A stretch of 64,000 nt of DNA from a virus. This document shows positions 46,875-57,776 of this stretch, in pieces (the first letter of the stretch is position 1; each line of letters begins with the position of its first letter). The DNA lies in the IMG/VR virus record IMGVR_UViG_3300035698_019437, positions 32,001 through 96,000 of that record; one strand, 5' to 3'. Both the position numbers and the translations under genes were made by a program. The notes under the pieces were generated by a model. The model ran no database searches and was not told the origin of the DNA. It saw only the letters and a list, made by a program, of their open reading frames with translations.

Positions 46875-47867
46875 ATGGCAAACATTTATGTAGATGGGGA
46901 GCTAACGACTGGTACCAATAACGGTGGTTCTTGGGCTAACGCATATCAAGGGAATGTTGGATTACAAGCAGCATGCGATGCTGCTGTGGCAGCAGATATA
47001 TTAAATTTGGCTAGAACATTTACTTTGGCGGCTCTTATAGATATAGACCAAACATCGGGTACACAGCTTAGCCCCATACGAGTAATAGGCTATAATTATA
47101 ATTCAGGTTCTCCTATTGTAGATGGCACGTTTTCTACTTTAGACGGAAACAGTGCTGTTAATAATTGTATATTAGCTAACAATATAGATAATTGGATTTT
47201 TGAAAACATCGAATTCAAATACGCTAAAGACGATAATGCAGGAGTAACTGGAGCGGCTTGCAAGCACTGGTCTTTTATAAATTGTCATTCTCATCACGCT
47301 TTAGGTACTCAGTTAAATACTGGTGATGGGTGGGGAGGGTCTGGTACTACAGCTTTTGATAATGTTGCATACGTTTTATGCCAAGCATATTCCAATGCTC
47401 AGCATGGTTTTTTGGGTTATCATGCCGCGATGTTTGGTTGTACTTCACACGATAATATTGATGATGGATATTCTGCGACATACTCTATGTTTAATAATTG
47501 TATAGCTTATAGCAACGGAGATCACGGTTTTAAGTTGAGTGGAAACGAAAATCTTTTGGTTAATTGTGTATCGGATGGTAATGCAGACACTGGTGTATAT
47601 GTAGATGATGGTCCTTCTGTGTTGGCGGGTTGTAGGATAACAAACAATACTTGGGGTATAAGAGGCGATGCTTCAGCTACCGTCTTAGACTTCTATAATT
47701 TCCTTCAAGGCAATACTGTTCCTACTATTAATTGTACTGTTATTTCCACTATTAAAGGGCAAAATACTCGTACAACGACGGGTGATGAGGGATATATAAA
47801 TCGTGCTGCCGGTAATTTTGGATTGTTAGATACTGCTGCGGCTCGTCGGATGGAGGTACAGTTGTAA
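46875..47867 (+). CDS. right-handed parallel beta-helix protein (pectate-lyase-like)
   Basis: Repeated NC.A..N..GF rungs; IYVD N-terminus. Confidence 0.75.
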   Translation: MANIYVDGELTTGTNNGGSWANAYQGNVGLQAACDAAVAADILNLARTFTLAALIDIDQTSGTQLSPIRVIGYNYNSGSPIVDGTFSTLDGNSAVNNCILANNIDNWIFENIEFKYAKDDNAGVTGAACKHWSFINCHSHHALGTQLNTGDGWGGSGTTAFDNVAYVLCQAYSNAQHGFLGYHAAMFGCTSHDNIDDGYSATYSMFNNCIAYSNGDHGFKLSGNENLLVNCVSDGNADTGVYVDDGPSVLAGCRITNNTWGIRGDASATVLDFYNFLQGNTVPTINCTVISTIKGQNTRTTTGDEGYINRAAGNFGLLDTAAARRMEVQL

Positions 47868-48817
47868 TGTCTTATATGCATATATCTGCTGGTCTATTTC
47901 CACCTGATATATTTACTGATAATAACTCTATTTATGTTACGGCTGGTTTATCACCTAGTGATGTATCTTATGAGATAGCAACTAGCAATATAAAATTAGC
48001 TCAAATATTCTATGTCTATAATCAGTTTGTACCGTCAAAAGCTTCTTTGTATCTAAAAACCGTATCTGGTTATAGCATTCCATATTTTGATGTTTCTAGA
48101 CCAGTAACAATAGATGCTTTAAATTTTTCTCAATTAACTCAAAGAACTAACAAAAACATTGTTTATACCGATTATGGAGATTTTTCTGGTAAAGGAAGTA
48201 TATATGTTCTTGAACTTGATGCTCTAAGTCCCTATGCATCGTTATATTATCCCATAAAAGCCGATGACGATGGTGACGTTAATATTTATCTTAGAGGAAG
48301 AACCTCTACTGGAAGGTTTGTAGCTGATTTATATCTCGATTCTGTTCTAATAGCTTCTGTTGATCAACCTGGACCTGTTGGAGGTTGGGGTTGGTTCGGG
48401 CAGACTTTTACTTTAGATGACGATTCCATTCATATTTTAGAAATACGAATGATAGAAGATGGTAATGCTCTAGATAGATTTTGTATTAGTCAAACCGCGA
48501 TAGTACCAGATGATGTTAATGATTATCAAAATGCATATATCACTGTGCATATGCAAATACATTCGGTAGGGTCAGGAAGTGTTCCTGCTACTCCATTATA
48601 CATATATGACTATAAGACTACTTTGGGAGAGGTAAGAAATTCCGATTGGTATAACTTTAGTTTAAGTTTTTTGGATTCTTCGTTATCGATATTATGGGAT
48701 GATGTATATGCCATTGTTTTATTCAGTTCCGGGGGGAGTGCAACTAACTATTTAATCTGGGAATTAACAGATAATGACGATCCGTACATATGTGGACCAT
48801 CTGCTATAAAAATATAA
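47867..48817 (+). CDS. carbohydrate-binding-module-like jelly-roll tail protein
   Basis: IYLRGR..WGW..H.LEI..EDG..LDRF pattern; GGAGG SD. Confidence 0.55.
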   Translation: MSYMHISAGLFPPDIFTDNNSIYVTAGLSPSDVSYEIATSNIKLAQIFYVYNQFVPSKASLYLKTVSGYSIPYFDVSRPVTIDALNFSQLTQRTNKNIVYTDYGDFSGKGSIYVLELDALSPYASLYYPIKADDDGDVNIYLRGRTSTGRFVADLYLDSVLIASVDQPGPVGGWGWFGQTFTLDDDSIHILEIRMIEDGNALDRFCISQTAIVPDDVNDYQNAYITVHMQIHSVGSGSVPATPLYIYDYKTTLGEVRNSDWYNFSLSFLDSSLSILWDDVYAIVLFSSGGSATNYLIWELTDNDDPYICGPSAIKI

Positions 48818-48822
48818 CATAG

Positions 48823-48847
48823 AGGGATTCTGAATGTTAGATAGAAA
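48823..48847 (+). promoter_or_regulatory. AGG-N18-GAAA promoter-like motif
   Basis: Exact spacing in an intergenic gap. Confidence 0.5.
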
Positions 48848-48892
48848 TATGATTATCAAACCTTTCATTACCCTCATGGAGTTGTTTATCAA

Positions 48893-51800
48893 ATGAGTTT
48901 TACTACATATTGGTATAATTTGTGCATCAGTCAATGGGAAACCCTTACATGGGAAGAGTGGAACCTGATGCAGTTTGTACAAAATATTTCAACAATTAGT
49001 ACAATATCAGACCCTCCTACTTATTATTACTATTATTTGTATAATTTACAGCACGGCGATCTTACTAGTGATAAGTGGTATTTGATTGACAGCAAGAAAC
49101 ACGCATATAAGATATATTCTGATTTTGATTCCCTAGATGAAGATAATGAAAGAATTTTAACGCGATCTGGAACTCAGCAGACGGAAGAAATAAATGTATT
49201 TAGCGACAAAAGCATACAACTTATAAATACGAGAATAATTGCTGATTCGATTGGTGGAGAAGATATAGAGCTTAGATTACCGAATAAACTAATCGGAATG
49301 GTATTCGATAAAAGCGGTAGTGTATTATGGAATGATGCAGACGAATTAAGATATACTTTAGCCAAAAGGCTGATTAATCGCTTGTCTGCCACGTATCCCG
49401 GAACTTTAGAATATAGCATATTTAAGTACGGTGGACAGCCTCTATCTTTGTTGTTTACAGGGTATATAGAAGAGGAAAATCCGTTTGATAATCTTCCAGA
49501 GTCAGAACCATGCTGGCCACAAGACCCATTCGTTGATGCGGTTAACAATTTTTCTGGATTCCGAATTCTTAGAAAAGAAGGTAGTCCACCAGCAAGTCCT
49601 ATAGATGGAGAGATTATTTTTGATGGAATAGTAAATAAGATACTAGATGTTGGATTAACTGATGGGACGACATATTACTACAAAGTCTTTACGTTTGATG
49701 AAAATTATTTATTCAGCGATGGAGTTGTTGTAAAGGTTGTTCCTAAAAGAGCAATTGTTCCAGATGGAATACCTATTTTTGAAAGTGAAGTCCTAAAAGG
49801 TACCGGCATTGTAGTAGATGAATATGTTTCAAGCGTATGGCATTTAGATGAAGAACAAGAACAGACTGTATATGATTTCAATGCTCGTACAGATTTGACA
49901 ATAACTGATGCAGAACCTAGATGGTTAAATAGTTTAGATGTTCCTGTAGGAATCGCTGGTTTAAGATTTGACGGCATAGCTACTGCTGCGTCTAGTACAA
50001 ATTCACAGGATTTAGCTCTTTCATCGAGTTCTCAATTCACATTTATGGCATGGGTCAATCCTTACACTATGTTGAATGATGAGGTTATTCTTTCTAGATG
50101 TGAAGATGTGATGGTAGCACCTAGACTTAATTATATATTCTTTATTAATGGGGCAAATGGTAGACTTGGGTTACAAACAAGCTATGCTGTGGGCGATGTG
50201 GTTTATTCGAATGCTAATGTATTGTCGGAAAACCAGTGGAATCACGTTGCTTGTACTATAGATGAATCAACTGGCGCGGTTATCTTTTACGTCAATGGAA
50301 CACCAGCCGGTGCTGTTACTCTGGGTACAAATACTGTGGATACAGGAGATTTACAGTTTTTTATTGGGTACTCATCTTTAGTGGCACACGAAAGGTTCTT
50401 TGGAGAAATAACCGAAGTAAGCGTACATAATACTATAAGAGATTTAATATACATAAATCGTTATGCTACTATTTCAAGTAGAACTGATCAAGATAACGGC
50501 GATAGGTTAGTAGTCCTTAAATATACTGTATATGATGATTTCAACTTTTCTGGCGGAAGAGTTCGAATAGTTCAGAAAGATTTGAGTTTACCTTCTAATG
50601 AGTTAGACGGAAGCGTTATATATGATGTTGCAGCAGTAGCGGGAAATTATTATACGACTTACAGAGATAATCTACTGTTAGGTTCTACTGAATACTTCCG
50701 CATATTCTCTTCTAACGTTATAGGGAACTATAGTGATATACGAGATTCAACGTCTATAGAAACGGTTATTACAGATATGAGTGATGAAGCTAAAGAACAC
50801 ATCACTTCTTTGGTTTCTCCATACGATGTTCCAAACAATATTACAGTGTTGCCAGGCAATAGAAAGATTTATGTTAATTGGGATAATACTATATGGAATA
50901 CTAATATAGTTAGAATGAGATTATATTCTTCCCCTGATTCTTTTCCTGTAGTAGACGATATGGGTAGCGATGGAGAACTTATATTCGAAGGCATCATTTA
51001 CAGTGATACCGGTTATGTAGACAGGGGTTTGATTAATGGAAGCAGTTATTATTATACGCTAGTGGGTATAGATAGATATAATCGAGTTTCTGTAGCAGCT
51101 AATTCATCATCTACGCCATCTATATCTGCAAATGAAGTTGGGATACCGCTTCTAGAGGTTGAGTCTTTAAGCTACGAACTAGTTGATGCTAATAGTATAA
51201 ATTTGTTTTGGAATAATCCTATAACGAGTAGAACTGTAACTGCATACTTTGCACAGGATTTAGTATTTTATTCTTCTATACGAGATGAATACGGAGACAC
51301 GGTAACAACTGATTTTGATGTGTCTATAGAAACAGATGCATCTTATGAGTTATACGAAGATGCTGCTGAAAACATATTTGTAGGTGAAACTGAGGTTAAT
51401 AGTCCGGATGTAGAAGATTTATATCAGTTTATACTGTCTGATCCTATTGATGAAACGGTTAAGGCAACATTCCAAACTGCTGACGATACTTCTTTATTCG
51501 AAAATATTAAGAGTTTAAGGATAGAACTTAAATTACAGATTTCTTTACCTAATCAAGGTGGTACAGGAGAAGTTTTTGAATATAGTTCTTTGCCAGTTGT
51601 GATTGAATGGCAAAATCCGATAGAGTTTGATATTATAAATAGAGACTCTAAGCATGTTATAGAATCGTGTAAAAAGACTATAAACGTTTTAGATAATCAG
51701 GTTGTAGAATCCAAAAAACAGTACGATGGTATTTATGTAGGAGCTAGCGAGCCTTATGTTGCTAAGCTTTCTGCTACGTACAGAGGAAGCAGCTTAGTCG

Positions 51801-54800
51801 GTTATTTGACTTCTACAGTAGGGGTTTTTGATTCAACAGTAGATTTGTGTTCTGGAATATTACCAGTTACAGGAGATCAAAGTACAACTGTTAGTTTTTC
51901 TGATATAAACCAAACTTCTGAAGATGAATTTACTTTAAGGAATATAGAGCAAGAGGTTTTGAATGAAGATGGTAATCCTTCTGATGTAGATGAAGGTGTA
52001 TTAATTGCAAATGTCGATATGTTTTCTCCTGATTTACCAGAAAATACGATGCTGTATGTTTCAATCAATCATGGTGGGTTTGTTGTCGTTAAAAAAATCC
52101 AAATCATTTTTGGCAATCCCCTTAAAATAGAGATATCTCCAAGAACTTTAATACCAGATGGCATAGACAGAGCAGAACAGTCTGCTTTAGTATATACCGT
52201 AGACCCAGATGACCCAGAAAATATAAACAGCAGAACTACTCCAACGGATAATACTGTTGTTAGATGGTCGTTGGATGCAAAATCAGAGCAAGCTATTCAA
52301 AGATCATTCTACTCAGAAGATTTGGTTCCTATCTATGATGGTGTGTATTCATATACTACGGATGGAGTGGCAAAGAATGTATTCTTTGGACCCGTAACTG
52401 ATGTTAATACTCCTGATTACGATGATGATGGTAATCCTATATTTGAACAATATGAGATTACAGCATCTATAATAAGTGATAATATCGTAGTTACCGATAG
52501 CTATAACTTTGATTTGGTTCCAATAGCATATCTTGGAAAACAAACGGTTTCGTCTTACTTCTTAATGGAATTCCAGAATTTCCAAGAAAAATTCTGGTCT
52601 GATGGAAGTGATTATGTTCGTATGCTTGTTACTAGCGATGCATCTTCGTCTAATACAAAATACTCTAGTTGTTTTCGTGATTGTATGAGCGAAATTGGGA
52701 AAACCATTTATGCTCTACAGCCGGGGCAAAAGGTTAGAATTGATACAGATGATCCAGATGTAGAAATTATTTCTGGAGATGTTGTAGAACATATAGACCC
52801 CTATACGGGACAAAAATGGTTAGATACTTCTAATGCTGTTATATCTACAGGATATGGATATGTAGAAATAGAAAAAGATGGAAGTACATATGTATACTTC
52901 AGATTGAATAAATTTTTAGATGAACAAAGAACTATAGGATTCTCTAGGATCAAGCATAATAGTTGTTCTTGCTTAGGACTTATAAGAGAGGCCAGATACT
53001 TCAAAGAAGTAGTTGTGACCGGATCAATAACATCTGTATTCGATGAAAAGGTTGTAACGCTTCGATCTGGTGGAGATTATGATGATGGCATTCCACCAAC
53101 AATCATGATTCCGAAAGAACCTCTGGAATTGATTGTAGCAGACAAACGAATAGGGAATGTATCTATCGAGACATTCTTGGTTGACGGGGTAAGCGAGAAT
53201 AGCTTTATCACGTATGTATCTTTTGCTGGTTTGCCTGTTCCAGATGGAACTATTATTACTCCGCAAGTTTTAAGTCTATATGATGAGCTTGTTCAAACGC
53301 AAGAAGATTCTATAAACACAAGTCTGTCAATAGACTCTGCCGTAGATTCTGTTGCAAGAAGCTATGCGGAGTTGGCTTTTGAAGCAACTCCACAAGGAAA
53401 AACCTTCTTGTCTCAGGTATATATGTCTGTTTCATATAATAGAGTCGGCAGCGTAGATAGAACGGTTACCAGATGCGTGGAAATTTCGTTTGATGCCGAA
53501 GATGTTAAGAACAGTCCATCTGTTACTGCGATTCCAAGCATATTTAGCGATAGAATTCAAGCTTCTGAAATAGGCGTAGCACCAGCAACGTGGGTTGATT
53601 TGGCGAATATGGCTTATCCTAGAGGCCATCTGTCAGTAGAGGTTATAGGTAATAAAATATATGCCATCGGAGGCATTGATGGTAAAGAAGTTACCAATCG
53701 AGTAGAACAATATGATCCTGCTGCGGATACTTGGGCTACCATGACAACAATGCCAACGGCTAGAATGGGAGCTGTCTCTGCTGTTGAGGGTAACTACATA
53801 TATGTATTTGGTGGAGTAGTATATAATCGTATAGATAATTCTCTAGAAATTTCTCAAGTTGCTGAAAGATATGATACTACAGCAGATAGTTGGGAAACTC
53901 TAGATTCTATGCCTTCTATTATCGCTGGGACTATAGACCCAGTTACTTATGGAAACGCCTACGGCGTGGCACATAGCGACGGTAGTAGGGTCTATGTAAC
54001 TTCTGGTGTAAGGTTTATTACTGAAGACGGTTTAACAATAGACCATAATGATAGGGTCTTCTATTACGATATAGCATCTGATTCGTGGGGATATTCTGAT
54101 ATCATCGCGGAAACTGAGTTAGATAACTACTTAAGAATTGGGCCAGCTAGTTTTTTGGATGGAAACCAGATTGTTGTATTCGGCGGTGCATGGCAAAACA
54201 GTTCACAGCTTCTGTTTATGCTTACAGATGCATACACGTATGATATAACAAACGGAGCTTTAGCAAAATCAGAACAAAGGTTTGATGTAAATGTTGTACC
54301 AAGATATTTCGTTGCTTCTGCATCATCCTCGCCAGAACATTTTGCTTTGGCTGGTATCGGTAATGATTCATTTACTCTTAGAACCTTTGAGCAGATTACA
54401 GATGGTGGACCTGGCGTAAATCCTATATACGATCTGGCAGAATATGATACGACTGTTAAAGCTAGGAACGGAGCAGGCGCAGCTATCATATCTATTGCTG
54501 GTAGCGATTATGTAGCTTTGGTTGGTGGTATGGAGAGCGGCAAAGGTTCTGGCTTTTTAAAAATATCTTCTAACATGTATCCAGATAATATAGAGTTGAA
54601 TGCTCATCAGCACGCCCAATATAGAACAACATTAACGGATGAAGCTGGCGAAGAGCCAGTGAGTAATGTCGGTGTAGCTTCTAAGGGATATGTTCAAGAC
54701 AAAGACAAGTCAGGCGTTTTGCTTCCTATTCTTGAAGATGCTTTGACGAGATATCATGTATTGCTTGCAGACGATTCTGATACATCGAGTGATGGTCAAA

Positions 54801-56953
54801 CTATATCTCAACTTGAGCCAAGATCAGACGATGTTCTTAAGAACGTTACAACCGATGGATTGGTTTTGTCTGAAGGTCAGTCACAAGAAAGATATCAGCT
54901 TATTATGCAGTCTACTATTGTTGACAGTACGTACTATGGACAAACTCTTATAAATACGGTTAAAGAAGATTCTGTTCTTCCTGTAGTTCCAGAAGCTGTG
55001 TGTGTTTCTGTAGCTTCTAATATAACGATTGCTCACTTGGCAGAGATTGCAATTACATCTCCATATCAGTTCTTCGTTATTTCGCCACCTGCTAGACAAT
55101 CTGATATATCCAACATGCCTGTTTTGGCAGGTATCGCATGGTCTCCTTTTGTTGAGGACGTTACAAATGGGGTTCCTGTTGATGGCGAATCCGCTATAAC
55201 GTTGATTGACAATTTGCCAGAATTTTTAGATATTGGTAGTTCTCCATGGTTTGACGCCCTATATGATATGTCGGTGTTGTTCTCAGGCGTCTCGTATGAT
55301 GGAGAAAATAAAGTTATTTATTCATACGTTGATAATGAACCCAACTCTTCTATCAAGACTATAGACGAGGCGATAGAAGAAGTGAATACTATAAACGGGT
55401 TCAAAGAGGTTCCTGTTGTTGTCGGTAATTTCAACGTTGATCTTCCATCTGTTGTAGATATATTGAGAGATCGCGGAGAGTACGGAGAAGTTGATCAGGT
55501 TGCTTCTGGTACAGGTGGTCAAAACATTAGTATAGTAGATGAGAATTTTGTAGACGATGTTGCTTATATTATGGCAGGTATAGCCAAAGGTTCTATGGGT
55601 AATGGATTAGCTGAATTTATTATTGATGTGGGCGAAGTGGTTTTTATCAACTCTGCAACTGTATTTTTTAGATTGTATACGAATACTAACGGCAGATGGA
55701 AAATGTCGGTTAGTGACGACAATTATCAGTATACTGATTGGACTATAAAATTTAAAGCTAATGACCAAGCAGATTTCGATGGTCTTTCTGGTAGATATAT
55801 TAAATTCAGCACGGAACTGATAAGTGGTTTAAGCGAAGGAAATACTCCTGAGTATGAGATTATTCCTCTTCCAGCTTCTCCTGCCGTAACTGAAATTGAA
55901 ATAGGATACATCAAAAGTCGTTCTGACTATATATACTTTGATGCAGATAATGTGAGTGATGAAGTTCAACAAGTGGTTGTAGCGGTTAATCCAAGCGTAA
56001 ATCTAGATAGTCCAAATACAGAAGTAAACATGGGTATAACAACTTGGAATTATTCTCATAACTGGCTAGATTTTGATAGCAGTTCTAAACCTGCTCAGGA
56101 GCAAGCTGGTAGAGTTGTTATTCCTATTAGAGAAGGGACAGTCCAGTCAAATAGAGTAGAGCCTCTTATAAGTGTAGATGAATTTATTTTCAATGCGACT
56201 TACGGAAGCTGGGACTCAGGTTCTTCGGTTACTGTTTATGATGGAGATAACAACATTATATCGTCTTCGGATTACATTGTGTATCCTAGAGACGGATATA
56301 TAGTCTTCGATACTAAACAAGATAGCAATCTTGTTATAAGAATAGATAATCCTAATGTCATTAAAGCCGGGGTAGAGGTTAAAAACGCATCAACGGATAC
56401 TAGTATTAATCTCTATGGCTTTGGATATATGTATTCTTTAGAAGACCCCAACAGTAATCCTTTGAGTCCATTCCCAGAGAGTAGTTCTAGTTCTTCATCA
56501 TCGACTACTCCTTGTTCAGACGAACCATGTACTGATTGCAATGGGACACAGATTGGTCGTCGTGCGTCGGTTGCTGTAGATGCTGTTGCAGGTAATGTAT
56601 GTTACGATAGAATAAATGGAGAATACACGTTTGATAGTTATCTTAAATTAGAGTCATCTTGCACTTGGTGGTATAGAAATCCGAACGATAGCGATGTAGC
56701 ATTGACCATAGTATATTGTGAAAATGAGCAAGAATGGTATTCTCAGATATATGATGACGATGCAGATGTTGCTTTATTCGGAGGCAGTCCAGATGAATGT
56801 CCGTGCTTAGATATGGTTAATGACAGATTAGATGAAGTCACTGGACTTATATGTTGTCGCGGAGACGTTGTAAGCGGTCAATATGAATTAGGCGGGTTGA
56901 GCACTTGTGCAGGACGAACGGTATCCATAACTGTAGGGCTAGACCCTCTATAA
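48893..56953 (+). CDS. giant multidomain adhesin: split vWA, FN3, LamG, Ig-like, Kelch, C-terminal Ser/Cys module
   Basis: DKSGS MIDAS; LamG (FTFMAWV..WNHVACT..FYVNG..F.G.I.EV); Kelch (IYAIGG..VEQYDP..DTW..MPTAR). Confidence 0.8.
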   Translation: MSFTTYWYNLCISQWETLTWEEWNLMQFVQNISTISTISDPPTYYYYYLYNLQHGDLTSDKWYLIDSKKHAYKIYSDFDSLDEDNERILTRSGTQQTEEINVFSDKSIQLINTRIIADSIGGEDIELRLPNKLIGMVFDKSGSVLWNDADELRYTLAKRLINRLSATYPGTLEYSIFKYGGQPLSLLFTGYIEEENPFDNLPESEPCWPQDPFVDAVNNFSGFRILRKEGSPPASPIDGEIIFDGIVNKILDVGLTDGTTYYYKVFTFDENYLFSDGVVVKVVPKRAIVPDGIPIFESEVLKGTGIVVDEYVSSVWHLDEEQEQTVYDFNARTDLTITDAEPRWLNSLDVPVGIAGLRFDGIATAASSTNSQDLALSSSSQFTFMAWVNPYTMLNDEVILSRCEDVMVAPRLNYIFFINGANGRLGLQTSYAVGDVVYSNANVLSENQWNHVACTIDESTGAVIFYVNGTPAGAVTLGTNTVDTGDLQFFIGYSSLVAHERFFGEITEVSVHNTIRDLIYINRYATISSRTDQDNGDRLVVLKYTVYDDFNFSGGRVRIVQKDLSLPSNELDGSVIYDVAAVAGNYYTTYRDNLLLGSTEYFRIFSSNVIGNYSDIRDSTSIETVITDMSDEAKEHITSLVSPYDVPNNITVLPGNRKIYVNWDNTIWNTNIVRMRLYSSPDSFPVVDDMGSDGELIFEGIIYSDTGYVDRGLINGSSYYYTLVGIDRYNRVSVAANSSSTPSISANEVGIPLLEVESLSYELVDANSINLFWNNPITSRTVTAYFAQDLVFYSSIRDEYGDTVTTDFDVSIETDASYELYEDAAENIFVGETEVNSPDVEDLYQFILSDPIDETVKATFQTADDTSLFENIKSLRIELKLQISLPNQGGTGEVFEYSSLPVVIEWQNPIEFDIINRDSKHVIESCKKTINVLDNQVVESKKQYDGIYVGASEPYVAKLSATYRGSSLVGYLTSTVGVFDSTVDLCSGILPVTGDQSTTVSFSDINQTSEDEFTLRNIEQEVLNEDGNPSDVDEGVLIANVDMFSPDLPENTMLYVSINHGGFVVVKKIQIIFGNPLKIEISPRTLIPDGIDRAEQSALVYTVDPDDPENINSRTTPTDNTVVRWSLDAKSEQAIQRSFYSEDLVPIYDGVYSYTTDGVAKNVFFGPVTDVNTPDYDDDGNPIFEQYEITASIISDNIVVTDSYNFDLVPIAYLGKQTVSSYFLMEFQNFQEKFWSDGSDYVRMLVTSDASSSNTKYSSCFRDCMSEIGKTIYALQPGQKVRIDTDDPDVEIISGDVVEHIDPYTGQKWLDTSNAVISTGYGYVEIEKDGSTYVYFRLNKFLDEQRTIGFSRIKHNSCSCLGLIREARYFKEVVVTGSITSVFDEKVVTLRSGGDYDDGIPPTIMIPKEPLELIVADKRIGNVSIETFLVDGVSENSFITYVSFAGLPVPDGTIITPQVLSLYDELVQTQEDSINTSLSIDSAVDSVARSYAELAFEATPQGKTFLSQVYMSVSYNRVGSVDRTVTRCVEISFDAEDVKNSPSVTAIPSIFSDRIQASEIGVAPATWVDLANMAYPRGHLSVEVIGNKIYAIGGIDGKEVTNRVEQYDPAADTWATMTTMPTARMGAVSAVEGNYIYVFGGVVYNRIDNSLEISQVAERYDTTADSWETLDSMPSIIAGTIDPVTYGNAYGVAHSDGSRVYVTSGVRFITEDGLTIDHNDRVFYYDIASDSWGYSDIIAETELDNYLRIGPASFLDGNQIVVFGGAWQNSSQLLFMLTDAYTYDITNGALAKSEQRFDVNVVPRYFVASASSSPEHFALAGIGNDSFTLRTFEQITDGGPGVNPIYDLAEYDTTVKARNGAGAAIISIAGSDYVALVGGMESGKGSGFLKISSNMYPDNIELNAHQHAQYRTTLTDEAGEEPVSNVGVASKGYVQDKDKSGVLLPILEDALTRYHVLLADDSDTSSDGQTISQLEPRSDDVLKNVTTDGLVLSEGQSQERYQLIMQSTIVDSTYYGQTLINTVKEDSVLPVVPEAVCVSVASNITIAHLAEIAITSPYQFFVISPPARQSDISNMPVLAGIAWSPFVEDVTNGVPVDGESAITLIDNLPEFLDIGSSPWFDALYDMSVLFSGVSYDGENKVIYSYVDNEPNSSIKTIDEAIEEVNTINGFKEVPVVVGNFNVDLPSVVDILRDRGEYGEVDQVASGTGGQNISIVDENFVDDVAYIMAGIAKGSMGNGLAEFIIDVGEVVFINSATVFFRLYTNTNGRWKMSVSDDNYQYTDWTIKFKANDQADFDGLSGRYIKFSTELISGLSEGNTPEYEIIPLPASPAVTEIEIGYIKSRSDYIYFDADNVSDEVQQVVVAVNPSVNLDSPNTEVNMGITTWNYSHNWLDFDSSSKPAQEQAGRVVIPIREGTVQSNRVEPLISVDEFIFNATYGSWDSGSSVTVYDGDNNIISSSDYIVYPRDGYIVFDTKQDSNLVIRIDNPNVIKAGVEVKNASTDTSINLYGFGYMYSLEDPNSNPLSPFPESSSSSSSSTTPCSDEPCTDCNGTQIGRRASVAVDAVAGNVCYDRINGEYTFDSYLKLESSCTWWYRNPNDSDVALTIVYCENEQEWYSQIYDDDADVALFGGSPDECPCLDMVNDRLDEVTGLICCRGDVVSGQYELGGLSTCAGRTVSITVGLDPL

Positions 56954-56984
56954 GCCAATGGGATATGATTGTGTCTAATAGTTA

Positions 56985-57776
56985 ATGTACATTATAAATA
57001 TGAAGCAGTATTATGAGATTATAGTAAATCCTAAGCAGGATGCATATCTTAACATAGTTGTTTTGTGTCATAACAACGTCAAAGTTACGCAAGATTTTTT
57101 GCGCCTTCTGTATAGGAATACCCCATCGGATGCATTCAATCTTATGATGATAGATAATGATTCTTCTGATTCAACTCCAACATTTTTGTCTGAATACTTG
57201 AAAGAAAAAGACAATGCTACTTTAGTACTTTCTAAAGAAAATTTAGGTGTTGCAGGTGGCAGAACGTTAGGATGTAACCTGTGTATGAAACAGAGGATAC
57301 AACCAGAGTTTGTTATGTTTATAGACAACGATCAATTCGTATTAGAGGGTTGGCTAGAACAACACATTGGAGTTATGGGGAGAGGTTACGATCTGGTAAG
57401 CGTAGAAGCATGGCAAATGGATAATAAGTTTTTCCCAATCAAGAAAAATACGCATTTATCTGAACATTTCGCTTATGTGGGAGGGGGAGGCATGATAATA
57501 CGTAGGAATGTGATTGAGTCTCTTGGTATGTTTGATGAACAATTTTATCCAGCATACTATGAAGACCCTGATTACTGTTTTAGAGCATATGACGCTGGAT
57601 TCAAAATAGGATGGAATATAAAGTCAAAAATAGTGCATATGGCTCACCAGACTCTTGGAGCTAATCAGCAGGAAAAACAAAAAGTCTTTCTTCGCAGTTG
57701 GAAAAAATTTAGGGACAAGTGGAAGAACAGAAAGCTTCCTACTATAAGGCAGATAGATTTGCCGGAATTTAAATGA
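56985..57776 (+). CDS. glycosyltransferase GT2
   Basis: IDNDSSD, NLGVAGG, FIDND, FDEQF..YYEDPDYCFR. Confidence 0.9.
   Translation: MYIINMKQYYEIIVNPKQDAYLNIVVLCHNNVKVTQDFLRLLYRNTPSDAFNLMMIDNDSSDSTPTFLSEYLKEKDNATLVLSKENLGVAGGRTLGCNLCMKQRIQPEFVMFIDNDQFVLEGWLEQHIGVMGRGYDLVSVEAWQMDNKFFPIKKNTHLSEHFAYVGGGGMIIRRNVIESLGMFDEQFYPAYYEDPDYCFRAYDAGFKIGWNIKSKIVHMAHQTLGANQQEKQKVFLRSWKKFRDKWKNRKLPTIRQIDLPEFK

Noticed and set aside
19800-52810. Recurring [DN]PY tripeptide in six structural proteins
   Set aside because: The count is not clearly above chance for ~11,000 residues.
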